Assembly (NCBI GenBank): GCA_963705305.1
Contig: OY970067.1
Location: 5,568,001 to 5,632,000, forward strand
DNA length: 64,000 nucleotides
Origin: an uncultured Methylomirabilota bacterium
GTDB lineage: Bacteria > Methylomirabilota > Methylomirabilia > Methylomirabilales > 2-02-FULL-66-22
Reading direction: 5' to 3'
Shown here in pieces: positions 1-9,475 of this stretch. How positions within the stretch are numbered: position 1 is the first letter of the stretch; every line of letters starts with the position of its first letter. The notes beneath the pieces are model-generated. The model was not told where the DNA came from and did no database searches. It worked only from the letters and a program-made list of their open reading frames with translations. Made by a program: the position numbers and the translations under genes.

Positions 1-73
1 TCACGCTGGGGATGCGGACCAGATCGGAGAGCAGCGCTACGGCCTCTTGCCTGTCGATGCATTCGCCGGCCAT
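1..73 (-). CDS. M20/ArgE-family metallohydrolase, N-terminus only (runs off window edge)
   Basis: Hand translation from ATG at 73: MAGECIDRQEAVALLSDLVRIPSV; LVRIPS is typical of M20 N-termini. Confidence 0.55.
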   Translation of the reverse strand, partial: MAGECIDRQEAVALLSDLVRIPSV

Positions 74-140
74 GTGCACCCTCGTGCCGGGACGATGAGC
101 GGTGCCGTCCCCGGGGCCACTTCGCCTCCGGAATCGCCCC

Positions 141-872
141 TCAGGTCAGCCGCTGCCCCCCGTCCACGGTCAGAATCTCACCGGTGATGAAGTCGTTCTC
201 GACGAGATACACGACGGCCCGGGCGATATCCCCGGGGTCCCCCATGCGGCGCAGCGGGACGCGCCGGATGGCCTGCTCCTCCTCGGCGGATCCGCTCCCC
301 TCCGGCAGCAGGATCGTCCCCAGGGCCACCGCATTCACCTGGACCGCCGGCGCCAGCGCCTTGGCCAGCCCCCGCGTGAGCGCGATCAGGCCCGCCTTGG
401 AGACCGAGTACGGCAGGTAATCGGCCCAGATCTTCATCCCCGCAATGTCCGTCAGATTGACGATTTTTCCCCTTCCCTGCTGGCGCATGATCGCCCCGAC
501 GGCGCGGCACAAGAGGAAGGGCGCTTTCAAGTTGACGCCCAGAAACCGGTCCCAGTCCTCTTCCGCCAGGCTCTCGAAGGGAGTCCGGTAGAAGATGGCC
601 GCGTTGTTGACCAGGATCTCGATGCGGCCGAACGCCTGCATGGCCGTCTCGACCACGCGCTCCACCTCGCGGGCGGAGGAGAGGTCGGCGCACACCGCCA
701 CCGGCTTGCCTCCCAGCCGCTTGGCCTGGGCCAGGACCTCGTGGGCCTCGCGCTCGGAGCTCCGGTAGTGGATCGCCAGCTCGGCGCCCCGCTCGGCCAG
801 GGCCAGCGCGACGGCTCGCCCTACCCGCCGTGCCGCGCCCGTCACCAGCGCGACCTTGCCTTCGATCTCCAT
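141..872 (-). CDS. SDR oxidoreductase, pteridine reductase/FolM-like
   Basis: TGAARRVG Rossmann motif, NNA, YSVSK catalytic YxxxK, C-terminal ITGEILTVDGG. Confidence 0.85.
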   Translation of the reverse strand: MEIEGKVALVTGAARRVGRAVALALAERGAELAIHYRSSEREAHEVLAQAKRLGGKPVAVCADLSSAREVERVVETAMQAFGRIEILVNNAAIFYRTPFESLAEEDWDRFLGVNLKAPFLLCRAVGAIMRQQGRGKIVNLTDIAGMKIWADYLPYSVSKAGLIALTRGLAKALAPAVQVNAVALGTILLPEGSGSAEEEQAIRRVPLRRMGDPGDIARAVVYLVENDFITGEILTVDGGQRLT

Positions 873-935
873 GCCGCTCCTGCCCGTGGGGGGAAGGTCG
901 CCCGCAAGCCGTCCGCCCCGCCCGTGCTCTTCCGC

Positions 936-1817
936 TCAGGACGCGGCGACCCCCCGGACCCGGTCGAGGGCCAGGCGAAGCGTCCGCTCCGCCAGCATCC
1001 CGATGGTCGCGCGGCCAGCGCCCCCCTCCCCGCGACCACCCGCCGACGGGAGCACGGCGTGCTGCGCGACTAGGTCTCCGGCTTCCCGCAGCACGGCCTC
1101 GGTGAGGCGCTGCCCGCCCAGGAATCGTTCCGTCTCCAGCGCGCGCCAGAGCGCGCGGGCGGGGGTCCAGAGGCCCACCCGCGCCCCGCAGCAGGTGGCC
1201 AAGTCCTCCTCCATCACCAGAAAAACCCCCACCCCACAGGGGGCCGGCACGTCGGAGCCGGCGGCTCGAAGGTAGGCGCCGCCGGAGCGGGCCAGTGGCG
1301 CCGGCAGGTGGACATCCACCAGGAATTCCCCGTGCTGGAGGGAGGGGCCGCCGGGTCCGGCGCAGAGCGCCTCCACGCCCAGTTCCGACCAGCCGTGCGG
1401 CCCGAAGACGGCGGCGGATGCCCGCAGGCAGATCAGGGGAAGCAGCACGTCCGCGGCCGGCGGAGCGTTCCCCAGGGTCCCGCCCAGGGTGGCCGGCTCG
1501 GCCGAGCCCAGCCAGCCCGGAGCGCCGGGACCGTCCGCCAGGATGGGATACAGGCGCTGGACCGGAGGAAAGGCGAACACTCCCTCGAACGGCACCGCCG
1601 CGCCGATGCACAGGCCGTTCCGATCGTCGTACTCCAGGCGATTGAGGTCGGGGACCCGCGCTAGGTCGATCACGAGGGAGGTCGTCCCTCCCTCCTCCCG
1701 CACCTCGGCGATGAGATCCGTCCCCCGCACGCGGGGACGCGTGCGGCCGTCCGCCGCCAGCAGCAGCGCGGCCACCTCGTCCAGCGTCTCGGGGGCAAAC
1801 TGCTCGAGTCTCTCCAT
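936..1817 (-). CDS. FAD-binding medium subunit of xanthine/CO dehydrogenase family (CoxM/XdhB-like), divergent
   Basis: P-x-TL-x-E N-terminus, GTDL, IGAAV, ATLGGTLGNAPPAAD; start at 1817 chosen (1856 possible). Confidence 0.7.
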   Translation of the reverse strand: MERLEQFAPETLDEVAALLLAADGRTRPRVRGTDLIAEVREEGGTTSLVIDLARVPDLNRLEYDDRNGLCIGAAVPFEGVFAFPPVQRLYPILADGPGAPGWLGSAEPATLGGTLGNAPPAADVLLPLICLRASAAVFGPHGWSELGVEALCAGPGGPSLQHGEFLVDVHLPAPLARSGGAYLRAAGSDVPAPCGVGVFLVMEEDLATCCGARVGLWTPARALWRALETERFLGGQRLTEAVLREAGDLVAQHAVLPSAGGRGEGGAGRATIGMLAERTLRLALDRVRGVAAS

Positions 1818-1836
1818 ACCGGACCCGGTCCCTCTC

Positions 1837-3009
1837 TCAGAGGTGGAATCTCTCATACCACGTTTCGATGAAGAGCGCCAGAAGCGCCGCGCGCTCCCGG
1901 AGGCTGGGCAGCTCTAGCCACTCTTGCGGGCTGTGCATCTGGCTGCCGATCGGCCCCAGGCCGTCCAGTGTGGGAATCAGCTGCGCCGTGCGGTTGCCGT
2001 CGGAGCCTCCCCCGGTGGTGACCCCCTGAACGGTCAATCCCAAGGGAGCGGCGGCCGCCTGGAGGATCGCCAGCATCCGCCGCGTCCCCTCGGTGGTCGG
2101 CCACGGGGGGGTGCCGATGTCCCCGCTCAGGGTGCCGACGGCTCCCGGGACCGAGGACCGCGCGGCAATCCTCCGGAGGGCGCGGGTGATGCGATCCGCC
2201 TCCTCGGTGCTGCGCACCCTCACGTCCACATCGGCCGAGGCGCGGTCGGGGACGACGTTGGACCGCTCGCCTCCCTGGATCACCCCCACGTTCACCGTGG
2301 TGCCGCGGCTGGGGCGGCCCAGGGCCTGGACCGCGCACACCTTGTGGGCCAGCTCCCAGATAGCGTTCACGCCCAGCTCCGGCTGCGAGCCGGCGTGGGC
2401 CTGCTTTCCCTGAACCTCCAGGCGGAAGTGGCCCACGCCCTTCCGGCCGATCACGCACTCCCCGTTGGGGCGGGCCGGCTCCAGGACCACGGCCGCCTCG
2501 TGCCGCCGCGCCGCGTCGGTGATGAGCTGCCGGGACGAGGGAGAGCCTACCTCCTCGTCGGCATTGAGGAGGACGGTAAGACGCAGGCCGCGGAGCACCG
2601 GGGATTCGGTCTCCGCCAGAGCGCGCAGCCCGAAGAGGAGCACCGCCAGCCCGCCCTTCATGTCCACGACTCCCGGGCCGGTCGCCCGCGTTCCCTCGAC
2701 CTGGAAGGGCCGCGACGCCGCGGTCCCGGCCGGATAGACGGTATCCATGTGCCCGAGGCAGAGCAGGGCCCTGGCCGCGCCATCGGGGGCGCGGGTCGCC
2801 ACCAGGTGGTCGCCGTACTCCGGCTGCCGGACCCGCTCCACGCCGTATCCCAGCACCGCATAGGCCTGCGCCAGCCGGTCCGCCACCTGGTTCACACCGG
2901 CCCGGTCGTAAGTTCCGCTGTCCTGGTTGACCAGCTCTTCCAAAAAGGCGACGGCCTCGGTCTCGTGAGCCGAGAGCCATCCCGTGAGTGCCTCCGATCG
3001 CGCGGTCAT
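1837..3009 (-). CDS. M20 family metallopeptidase (glutamate carboxypeptidase-like)
   Basis: GHMDTV, GPGVVDMKGG, DEEVGS, HAG, GGGSDGN, MHSPQE motifs; start MTARSE. Confidence 0.85.
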   Translation of the reverse strand: MTARSEALTGWLSAHETEAVAFLEELVNQDSGTYDRAGVNQVADRLAQAYAVLGYGVERVRQPEYGDHLVATRAPDGAARALLCLGHMDTVYPAGTAASRPFQVEGTRATGPGVVDMKGGLAVLLFGLRALAETESPVLRGLRLTVLLNADEEVGSPSSRQLITDAARRHEAAVVLEPARPNGECVIGRKGVGHFRLEVQGKQAHAGSQPELGVNAIWELAHKVCAVQALGRPSRGTTVNVGVIQGGERSNVVPDRASADVDVRVRSTEEADRITRALRRIAARSSVPGAVGTLSGDIGTPPWPTTEGTRRMLAILQAAAAPLGLTVQGVTTGGGSDGNRTAQLIPTLDGLGPIGSQMHSPQEWLELPSLRERAALLALFIETWYERFHL

Positions 3010-3197
3010 GATCGATGTCCTCCGACCAGCGGGAGAGCGGCCGACTCGCCGGCGTACAGGTGACAGGCCACCTCCTGCCGCTCGCCGAACCGCAGCACGG
3101 CCGGGGCACGGACCAGCCCCCCCGAACCCGCTAGCCATCCGCTGGCCAGGTGGAAATGCTGGGTGAGGCCCTCGACCTCCAGAAGGGGCGCGCCCAT
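3006..3197 (-). pseudogene. Internally deleted oligopeptide ABC ATPase (OppF/DppF-like) remnant
   Basis: MGAPLLEVEGLTQHF...GLVRA (OppF N-terminus) joined directly to ...EVACHLY (OppF C-terminus); no Walker motifs. Confidence 0.65.
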
Positions 3198-3275
3198 TGG
3201 GGTGAATGTCTCCGGGTGTCCGGGCCGCCGCACCGGCCGCGGACGGGCGTACGCTAGCACGAGGCCCGCGGAGCG

Positions 3276-5558
3276 TCAACGCGGCGGCGATTCGCTGTCC
3301 CATTCGCCTCGCGGCGGGTCCCCGCCTTCCGCCGAGTGAAAGAAGGGGCGGAACTTCTCTGCCAGCTCGACCAGCTTGGCTTTGTAGTACTCCACGTTCT
3401 CGTCGGGCGCCTCGGGACTCCACTCGCTGGCCAGCCGGGCGGCCTCGTGCACCTTGACCCGCTTGGACGTCCCCGTGACATAGTAGGAGATCTGGTCGCC
3501 CGGCTGGTACGGGCGCTTGGCCCGGAGGGCCAGCTCGTACGCCGCCGCCGGGTTGCGCCGGCTGCCGCGGAGCTTGTCCCGATAGGTGTCCAGGGAGTCC
3601 TGGAGCGTCTCCGTCTTCATGAAGGTGCGGACGTTGAAGGCGTGCCGTTCGAAGGCCTCGGCGTAGCGCCGGGTGAGATCCGGAATCTTGTGCGGCTCGC
3701 CCGTCAGGAGAAGGCGGAACATCTCCTCCATCCACTCCCGCTGGAACAGCTCCAGTCCCCGGGACCGCAGGCCCGACCCCTTGATGGAGAGCCGGCCGTC
3801 GTAATCCAGCAGCGCGTAATTCTTCATCTTGTAGCTGAACATGGCCCGGTAGCGGCCGTCCAGCTCCAGGCTGATCCCTTCGGGCAGGATCGTCCCCAGC
3901 TCGCGGAGCAGCCGCTCCTCGTCCTCGGCTGTCTCCACGCCCGGCGGCGCCACGAAGTAGAGGCCGTCCGTATCCGCCTCGACCAGGCGCGCCCCGCGCT
4001 CCTGCAGCCAGGCCATGACGGCCTGGATCAGCTCCCGCCCCTTGGCCGTGACCAGGTTGGCCGCCGCATAGTCGTTGAAGTGTCCCAGCGGGAAGCCGAG
4101 ATAGCCGTAGAAGGAGTTGATGAGGATCTTGAAAGTGATCTGGAGGGCGTCATAGTGGGCGCGGGCCTCCTCCGTCTCCGCCGCCCGCAGGAGCTGCTTG
4201 GCCTCCACCCGGAACCGGCGCAGGTCCGCCAGCAGGCAGCGGAAGACGCCCAGGCTGTCCCGCCGGGGAAAATAGCCGAAGGCCAGCATCACCGAAGGGT
4301 ACAGGGACGTGACGTCGCAGTGGAGAATCCGCCGGGCCACCCCCTGGTAGGCGATCTCGGTGTGGCCGCCCAGCACCTCCTGCGGCGGCTCCGGCGCGGG
4401 AATGGCCCGCCGCTGACGCAGGTACTCCCGGATCGCCAGCGCGTCGATCTTGGTGGCGTTTCCCCGCAGCGCCACGTTCTGGTAGGAGAAGGGGAAGATC
4501 TGGGCCTGGACGAAGTAGCTCTGGCTCAGGATCGCACTGAGGGCCCGGGTTTCGCGCACGTCGTCCAGGGCGTACCGGAACAGCCGCTCCGGATCGTGAT
4601 CGAACGTCCAGGCGATCTTCTCCGGCGGAAGGTAGGTGCGGTCGGGCGCGGCCAGCCCGAAATGCCGGGCGATTTCCTTCAGGCCGAAGCTCTCCAGCTC
4701 CCGCGCGGTCACGTCGTAGTGCTGGGCCAGAATCCAGGTGTCGATGATGTGCCGCCCCTGGATCTCGTATTTCGTGTAGGTGATGGACCGCTCGGCGATC
4801 TGCATCCGCGAGGGGTGCCCCCTGAGCGCCGATCCGTCCCGGCCCAGGGTCAACGCCACCTTGTGCCTTCTGGCCCGCGCGGCGATGTAGTCCAAGTCGA
4901 AGCGGAACAGGTTGTGGCCCTCCAGGACGTCCGGATCCCGCTCCCGCACCAGGCGGACCATCTCCCGCAGCATGGCCGGCTCGTCCAGGACCGCCCCGGA
5001 GATGACGTGCTCCCACCCCGTGCTGTCGGCCAGCGCGATGGCGATGATGCGGTCCTCGGAGCGGGCCGCGTTGGAGAAGTCGTACCCGGCCGCGCAGTAG
5101 GTCTCGATGTCGAGCTGCATCCGGTGCAAGGCTGAGAAGGGCAGCTCGAGGAAATGCGTCTGCCCGGTGAGGAGCAAGTCTTGCTGGATGGGGTCGGAAA
5201 AGAACAGGTAGGGGGCATCGGGGGCCGACTGGGCCCTGCCGCTGGCCCCCTGGAGGTGGGCGCGGGCCTTCAGCGCATCTTCCCATCCCCGAAACAGCAC
5301 CAGGAAGCGATACCACCCCTCACCCGCCAGCTCCTCCACCTCGCAGCCGCCCGACCAGCCGGACAGGAGCTCCGTGCTGGCCAGGAGCAGGAACGGCCGA
5401 AAGGGGCGAACGGAGGAGGTGATGCCGCCGCCCGCGGGGGTCCGGGAGAACACCCGGATCCGATCGTTCCCCTCCAGCTCGAAGGCCAGCAGGCCGGGGG
5501 TCGGATCGTGGCCGAACAACGCGGCGTTGGTATGAAAGGCGGGCGCCTGAAGCGTCAT
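3276..5558 (-). CDS. Family B DNA polymerase with 3'-5' exonuclease domain
   Basis: Exo motifs LDIETY, GHNLFRFDLDY, YALDD; polymerase motifs DVTSLYPS, KILINSFYGY, DTDG; start may extend to 5654. Confidence 0.9.
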   Translation of the reverse strand: MTLQAPAFHTNAALFGHDPTPGLLAFELEGNDRIRVFSRTPAGGGITSSVRPFRPFLLLASTELLSGWSGGCEVEELAGEGWYRFLVLFRGWEDALKARAHLQGASGRAQSAPDAPYLFFSDPIQQDLLLTGQTHFLELPFSALHRMQLDIETYCAAGYDFSNAARSEDRIIAIALADSTGWEHVISGAVLDEPAMLREMVRLVRERDPDVLEGHNLFRFDLDYIAARARRHKVALTLGRDGSALRGHPSRMQIAERSITYTKYEIQGRHIIDTWILAQHYDVTARELESFGLKEIARHFGLAAPDRTYLPPEKIAWTFDHDPERLFRYALDDVRETRALSAILSQSYFVQAQIFPFSYQNVALRGNATKIDALAIREYLRQRRAIPAPEPPQEVLGGHTEIAYQGVARRILHCDVTSLYPSVMLAFGYFPRRDSLGVFRCLLADLRRFRVEAKQLLRAAETEEARAHYDALQITFKILINSFYGYLGFPLGHFNDYAAANLVTAKGRELIQAVMAWLQERGARLVEADTDGLYFVAPPGVETAEDEERLLRELGTILPEGISLELDGRYRAMFSYKMKNYALLDYDGRLSIKGSGLRSRGLELFQREWMEEMFRLLLTGEPHKIPDLTRRYAEAFERHAFNVRTFMKTETLQDSLDTYRDKLRGSRRNPAAAYELALRAKRPYQPGDQISYYVTGTSKRVKVHEAARLASEWSPEAPDENVEYYKAKLVELAEKFRPFFHSAEGGDPPRGEWDSESPPR

Positions 5559-5696
5559 GCTACACGGGATCCGTTGCCAGGAGATCTGCGACTCTTCCCC
5601 GGCGGGCGTCCGGGGGCCGACGATGGCGGGCACCCGCTCCGCCCCCGGGTCCATGCCGACCGGACCATCCAGCCTTGGAATTTCGCCCCGACCGGC

Positions 5697-6047
5697 TCAC
5701 GGCTGCGGCGGGGGCTCGGCATCCGGCGCGGCCCGCAGGAGGTCCCGCGCCTCCACCAGGTCGCTCTGGCGGACCAGGATGCGACGGCGGGCCAGCGGGC
5801 CGATGTTGTAGTTGGCATCCACGGCGTACTGGTTCTCCGCCTGCAGGATGCAGGGGATTCCCTCGGACTCCAGCAGTGAGCAGATGATCTCGGCCTCGAC
5901 CAGGCTATACACTTCGACCGCGGTGACAACCGGGTCGTCGGGAACCTCGTCTTCCAGCTCGAAGCTCTTCGCCCAATCCCGGGGGAGCGCCACCGCGCCG
6001 TCTCCTCCCGGCAGCATGCCGTCCACATCCTCACGCCCCATCTCCAC
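5697..6047 (-). CDS. DUF2007-like small signal-transducing protein
   Basis: EAEIICSLLESEGIPC...ILVRQSDLVEARDLL pattern. Confidence 0.65.
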   Translation of the reverse strand: MEMGREDVDGMLPGGDGAVALPRDWAKSFELEDEVPDDPVVTAVEVYSLVEAEIICSLLESEGIPCILQAENQYAVDANYNIGPLARRRILVRQSDLVEARDLLRAAPDAEPPPQP

Positions 6048-6081
6048 ACCCCCTATCGTTCGCCGTCCGGAAGGACCCGTC

Positions 6082-6672
6082 TCACCGGCCCAGAGCGTGC
6101 CGCTCCTCCGTCTGGTCCATCAGGCTCTGGCGCAAGGACCGGGCCACCACACGATAGCTGCCCAGGCTGCCGTCCCGAAGATCCCACTCCAGGGCCAGGT
6201 CCAGGAGGATCCGGGCCTGCTCGCGCTCGCCCCGGCGCAGATGGAACAGCGCCTGACTCAAGCGGCTGGGGCCCGGATACCGCCCCATCAATCCCTGGTA
6301 GATAGCCAGCTCTTTCTCGGATTGCCCGTCCAGGCCGTAGGCCAGACCCAGCCTGAGCGAGCTGCGCAGGTACAGCTGGCTTGCCGGGGGGGTGCGGTCG
6401 CGCGCGGTCCGGAATCCCAGAATGGCGGTCCCGAGTTCCCCATTTTCCTCATCCAGCCAAGCCTGGTAGAATGCGCGCGTGGCCGGATCGGATTCCACCG
6501 CGATCCGGTGCTCCAGTGCGCGAACGCTCTGCTGGTGGTCCCATCGCTCCTGGAGGTACACCCCCAGGCTATTCTGGGGCCAGGTGAGGTACACCACGAC
6601 GCCGACCCCGGCCAGCCCCACGGCTGCCGAGAGAATCAGAACGCTCACGAGTCGCAGGTTCTTGGCCGTCAT
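6082..6672 (-). CDS. Membrane-anchored TPR-like hypothetical protein
   Basis: N-terminal hydrophobic helix then helical repeat-like sequence; start MTAKNLR. Confidence 0.5.
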   Translation of the reverse strand: MTAKNLRLVSVLILSAAVGLAGVGVVVYLTWPQNSLGVYLQERWDHQQSVRALEHRIAVESDPATRAFYQAWLDEENGELGTAILGFRTARDRTPPASQLYLRSSLRLGLAYGLDGQSEKELAIYQGLMGRYPGPSRLSQALFHLRRGEREQARILLDLALEWDLRDGSLGSYRVVARSLRQSLMDQTEERHALGR

Positions 6673-6796
6673 GGCGCCCCCCTGCACTCTCGCGGACAGC
6701 GGGCCCGCTGTCAATATAACATGCCCGCAGGGGGCAGACACGGGAAAAGACGGGGGCGCACGGGCCGAGCAGCCCGGAGCGCCACGGGAGGGATGA

Positions 6797-7477
6797 ATGA
6801 ACGCGCGCTCGTCAGCACAGGATGGGCTCTCGCCGCGGGGGCGCGGCGGAGATATCGTGTTTCCCCACATCGAGCAGTACCTGGAGGGTCTGGACGGGAC
6901 GCGGGACGCAGTCTTGGAGGCCATGGAGCGGGAGGCGGCCGAGCGGGATTTTCCGATCGTGGGTCCCCTGGTGGGACGCTTCCTGTCCCTGTTGGCGCAG
7001 AGCATCGGCGCCCTGCGCATCCTCGAATTAGGCTCCGGCTTCGGATATTCCGCCTACTGGTTCGCGCGGGCGCTGCCGGCGCAGGCCGAGCTGATCCTCA
7101 CCGAGGTCTCCGCTCCCAACGCCGAGCAGGCGCGCGAATTCTTTCGCCGGGCGTCTGTCCGCTGCCGGACGGAGTTCCTGGTCGGCGACGCCCTGGAGAT
7201 CATCGACCGACTGCCCGGCGATTTCGACATCATCCTGAACGATGTGGACAAACAGCTGTATCCCGCCGTGTACCACAAGGCGGTGCCCCGCGTCCTGCCC
7301 GGCGGGTACTTCCTGAGTGACAATATGCTCTGGGGCGGCCGGGTTGTGAGCGGCGCAGAGCACCCCACCACCAGGGGCGTGCTGGAGCTGACCCGGCTCC
7401 TGTTTGCCGATCCGAATCTCTACACCATCATCCTCCCCATCCGCGATGGATTGTCCGTCAGTCTGAAGCTGGCCTGA
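6797..7477 (+). CDS. O-methyltransferase (caffeoyl-CoA/YrrM-like)
   Basis: ILELGSGFGYS SAM motif, GDALE, DVDK, DNMLWGG. Confidence 0.85.
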   Translation: MNARSSAQDGLSPRGRGGDIVFPHIEQYLEGLDGTRDAVLEAMEREAAERDFPIVGPLVGRFLSLLAQSIGALRILELGSGFGYSAYWFARALPAQAELILTEVSAPNAEQAREFFRRASVRCRTEFLVGDALEIIDRLPGDFDIILNDVDKQLYPAVYHKAVPRVLPGGYFLSDNMLWGGRVVSGAEHPTTRGVLELTRLLFADPNLYTIILPIRDGLSVSLKLA

Positions 7478-7509
7478 CGCAGCTCGAATCTTGGGGCGCT
7501 CCGCCCATT

Positions 7510-8364
7510 TCAACGCGGCGATTCTTGGTGCCTTGGCGGTGGGGGCTGAAGATCCGGGCGGCGGCTGGCGTCGCCGCGATCCGGTCCGAACACGCCGGTC
7601 CGGCCGGCCACCACCGCCATCGCCCGCTGCCAGCTGGAGCGCTCGTGCCCCCACGCTTCGCGGGCAAACCGATAGTCGAATTTCCGGATGAACTCATCCA
7701 GCTCCCCCACCAGCTCCCCCCATCTCGCATTATGCCACGCGCTGAGGCGGGGAAAGTTGGGATGGCTCTTCCCCAGCCAGACCGCGGCATCCATGTGAGG
7801 CAGGCAGAGGCCTTCGGAGTGCGAGAAGGCGTCGCGGAACTCGGGGTGATCGAGGAAGTCCAGGACCGTCCGCAGCGCCCGGCGCTCGCCCCGGACGGCG
7901 GACACGCACAAGGGACATCTGGTCTTCGCGCGCGGCAGGGAGGCCGACCTGGCGAGGCCGAGGCGGGCCGCCAGGCGGGAGGAGAGCTTCCGGCCGGGGC
8001 TTTGCCCCCGGACGGTCCGGTCGCATTCCCCCAGCCACGTGCGCGCCGCCTCCAGCACGCTCCGGTACAGGATCGCCGTTCCCAGGGCAGGGTGCTCGAT
8101 TCGGGCCAGGAGCCACGTGTGCCAGTTGCACAATCCGCCGGACGCCACCAGGCGGGCCCGCATCTCGGGGTCGTTGACCTCCTCCCCTATCAGCTCGTTC
8201 AGGGCTCGGAGCGCTCCGTCCTCCAGGACCGTGCAGACCGGACAGCCGGATTTTCCGCACGCCTCGAGCAGTTGGAAGTATCCGACGAACTTGGACGGGC
8301 GGCCGGGCCGCCGTCCACCCTCTGCCGCTGGCTCGTTTCCCGCCGGAGCGGACCCTCGACCCAT
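7510..8364 (-). CDS. DUF6062-like Cys/His-rich protein
   Basis: Two repeats of CPxC ... LCxxH (GCPVC/GLCNWH; CPLC/GLCLPH), FIRKFDYR; SD GGAGGAGG upstream. Confidence 0.7.
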   Translation of the reverse strand: MGRGSAPAGNEPAAEGGRRPGRPSKFVGYFQLLEACGKSGCPVCTVLEDGALRALNELIGEEVNDPEMRARLVASGGLCNWHTWLLARIEHPALGTAILYRSVLEAARTWLGECDRTVRGQSPGRKLSSRLAARLGLARSASLPRAKTRCPLCVSAVRGERRALRTVLDFLDHPEFRDAFSHSEGLCLPHMDAAVWLGKSHPNFPRLSAWHNARWGELVGELDEFIRKFDYRFAREAWGHERSSWQRAMAVVAGRTGVFGPDRGDASRRPDLQPPPPRHQESPR

Positions 8365-8752
8365 GTCCTCCTCCCCCGGAGATCGCTAAAACCCCTCCCG
8401 GACTTCCCGGGCGAGGTTGCCACCGCGGCCAACCACTGCCCTTAATTCCTATCCCATCTTTGGCATGCTGCGTCAAGCCGTTCCTCCCGCGCCCGGCTTC
8501 CGCGCGGATTACGGGACGGCCACCTTCCTGACCGGCACGGCTCGACCGCGGAGCACACGAAGTCCGCGATGCAAACCCCCTCGATCCAATGAGCCGTCGC
8601 CGGAAATTGCGGAGGGGACCGGAAGGTCTTGTCCGGGTGTTCCTCTGCGCGCGCGGGGCGTGGCGACCTCTTGCGATTTTTGCGGTTTAGGCGGCGGAGC
8701 GTCCGGAGTGATCTGGCAAGCTCCCCTGGAATGGAGGCGATCGGCGCCGCGG

Positions 8753-9475
8753 CTACTTCGCCTTCGCGCCCCCCAGGTAGGCGTCCCGCACCTGCGGATT
8801 GCGGAGGAGATCCTCCGCCGGCCCCTCCAGGACGATGCGTCCCGTCTCCATGACGTAGCCCCGCTGTGAGACGGAGAGGGCCATGCTGGCGTTCTGCTCT
8901 ACCAAGAGGACGGTGGTGCCTCGAGAGGCGTTGATCTCCTTGATCACGCGGAACATCTCCTGGACCAGGATGGGCGCCAGGCCGAGCGAGGGCTCGTCCA
9001 TCAGCAGCACGTGCGGCCGGGCCATGAGACCGCGCGCGATGGCCAGCATCTGCTGCTGCCCGCCGGAGAGGGTCCAGCCCAGGGCGTGCTTCAGCCGGCC
9101 CAGATCCGGGAAGATATGGAACATCTGACCCATGTCGTCTTCCAACTCCTGCCGGCGCATGGGCCGATTGGACGCGCCCAGGATCAGATTCTCCCGCACC
9201 GTCAGACCGGGAAAGATGCGCCGCCCCTCCGGCACGTGGGAGATGCCGCGCTTGGCAATGGCCTCGGCGGACAGGCGGTGAATGGGACGGCCCTGGAGCA
9301 GAATCTCGCCCCGCAGCGGATGGAGGAGGCCGGAGACCGTGCGGAGCGTCGTGGACTTGCCGGCCCCGTTCGCCCCCAGCAGGCAGACGATCTCTCGCTC
9401 CCGCACCTCCAGGGAGATGCCGCGAAGGGCCGTCACCGCCCCGTAGGCCACGTGGACGTCGTGGATTTCAAACAC
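8753..9475 (-). CDS. livF: Branched-chain amino acid ABC transporter ATP-binding protein
   Basis: GANGAGKST, VPEGRRIF, LSGGQQQM, MDEPSLGLAP, VEQNA. Confidence 0.9.
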   Translation of the reverse strand: MFEIHDVHVAYGAVTALRGISLEVREREIVCLLGANGAGKSTTLRTVSGLLHPLRGEILLQGRPIHRLSAEAIAKRGISHVPEGRRIFPGLTVRENLILGASNRPMRRQELEDDMGQMFHIFPDLGRLKHALGWTLSGGQQQMLAIARGLMARPHVLLMDEPSLGLAPILVQEMFRVIKEINASRGTTVLLVEQNASMALSVSQRGYVMETGRIVLEGPAEDLLRNPQVRDAYLGGAKAK

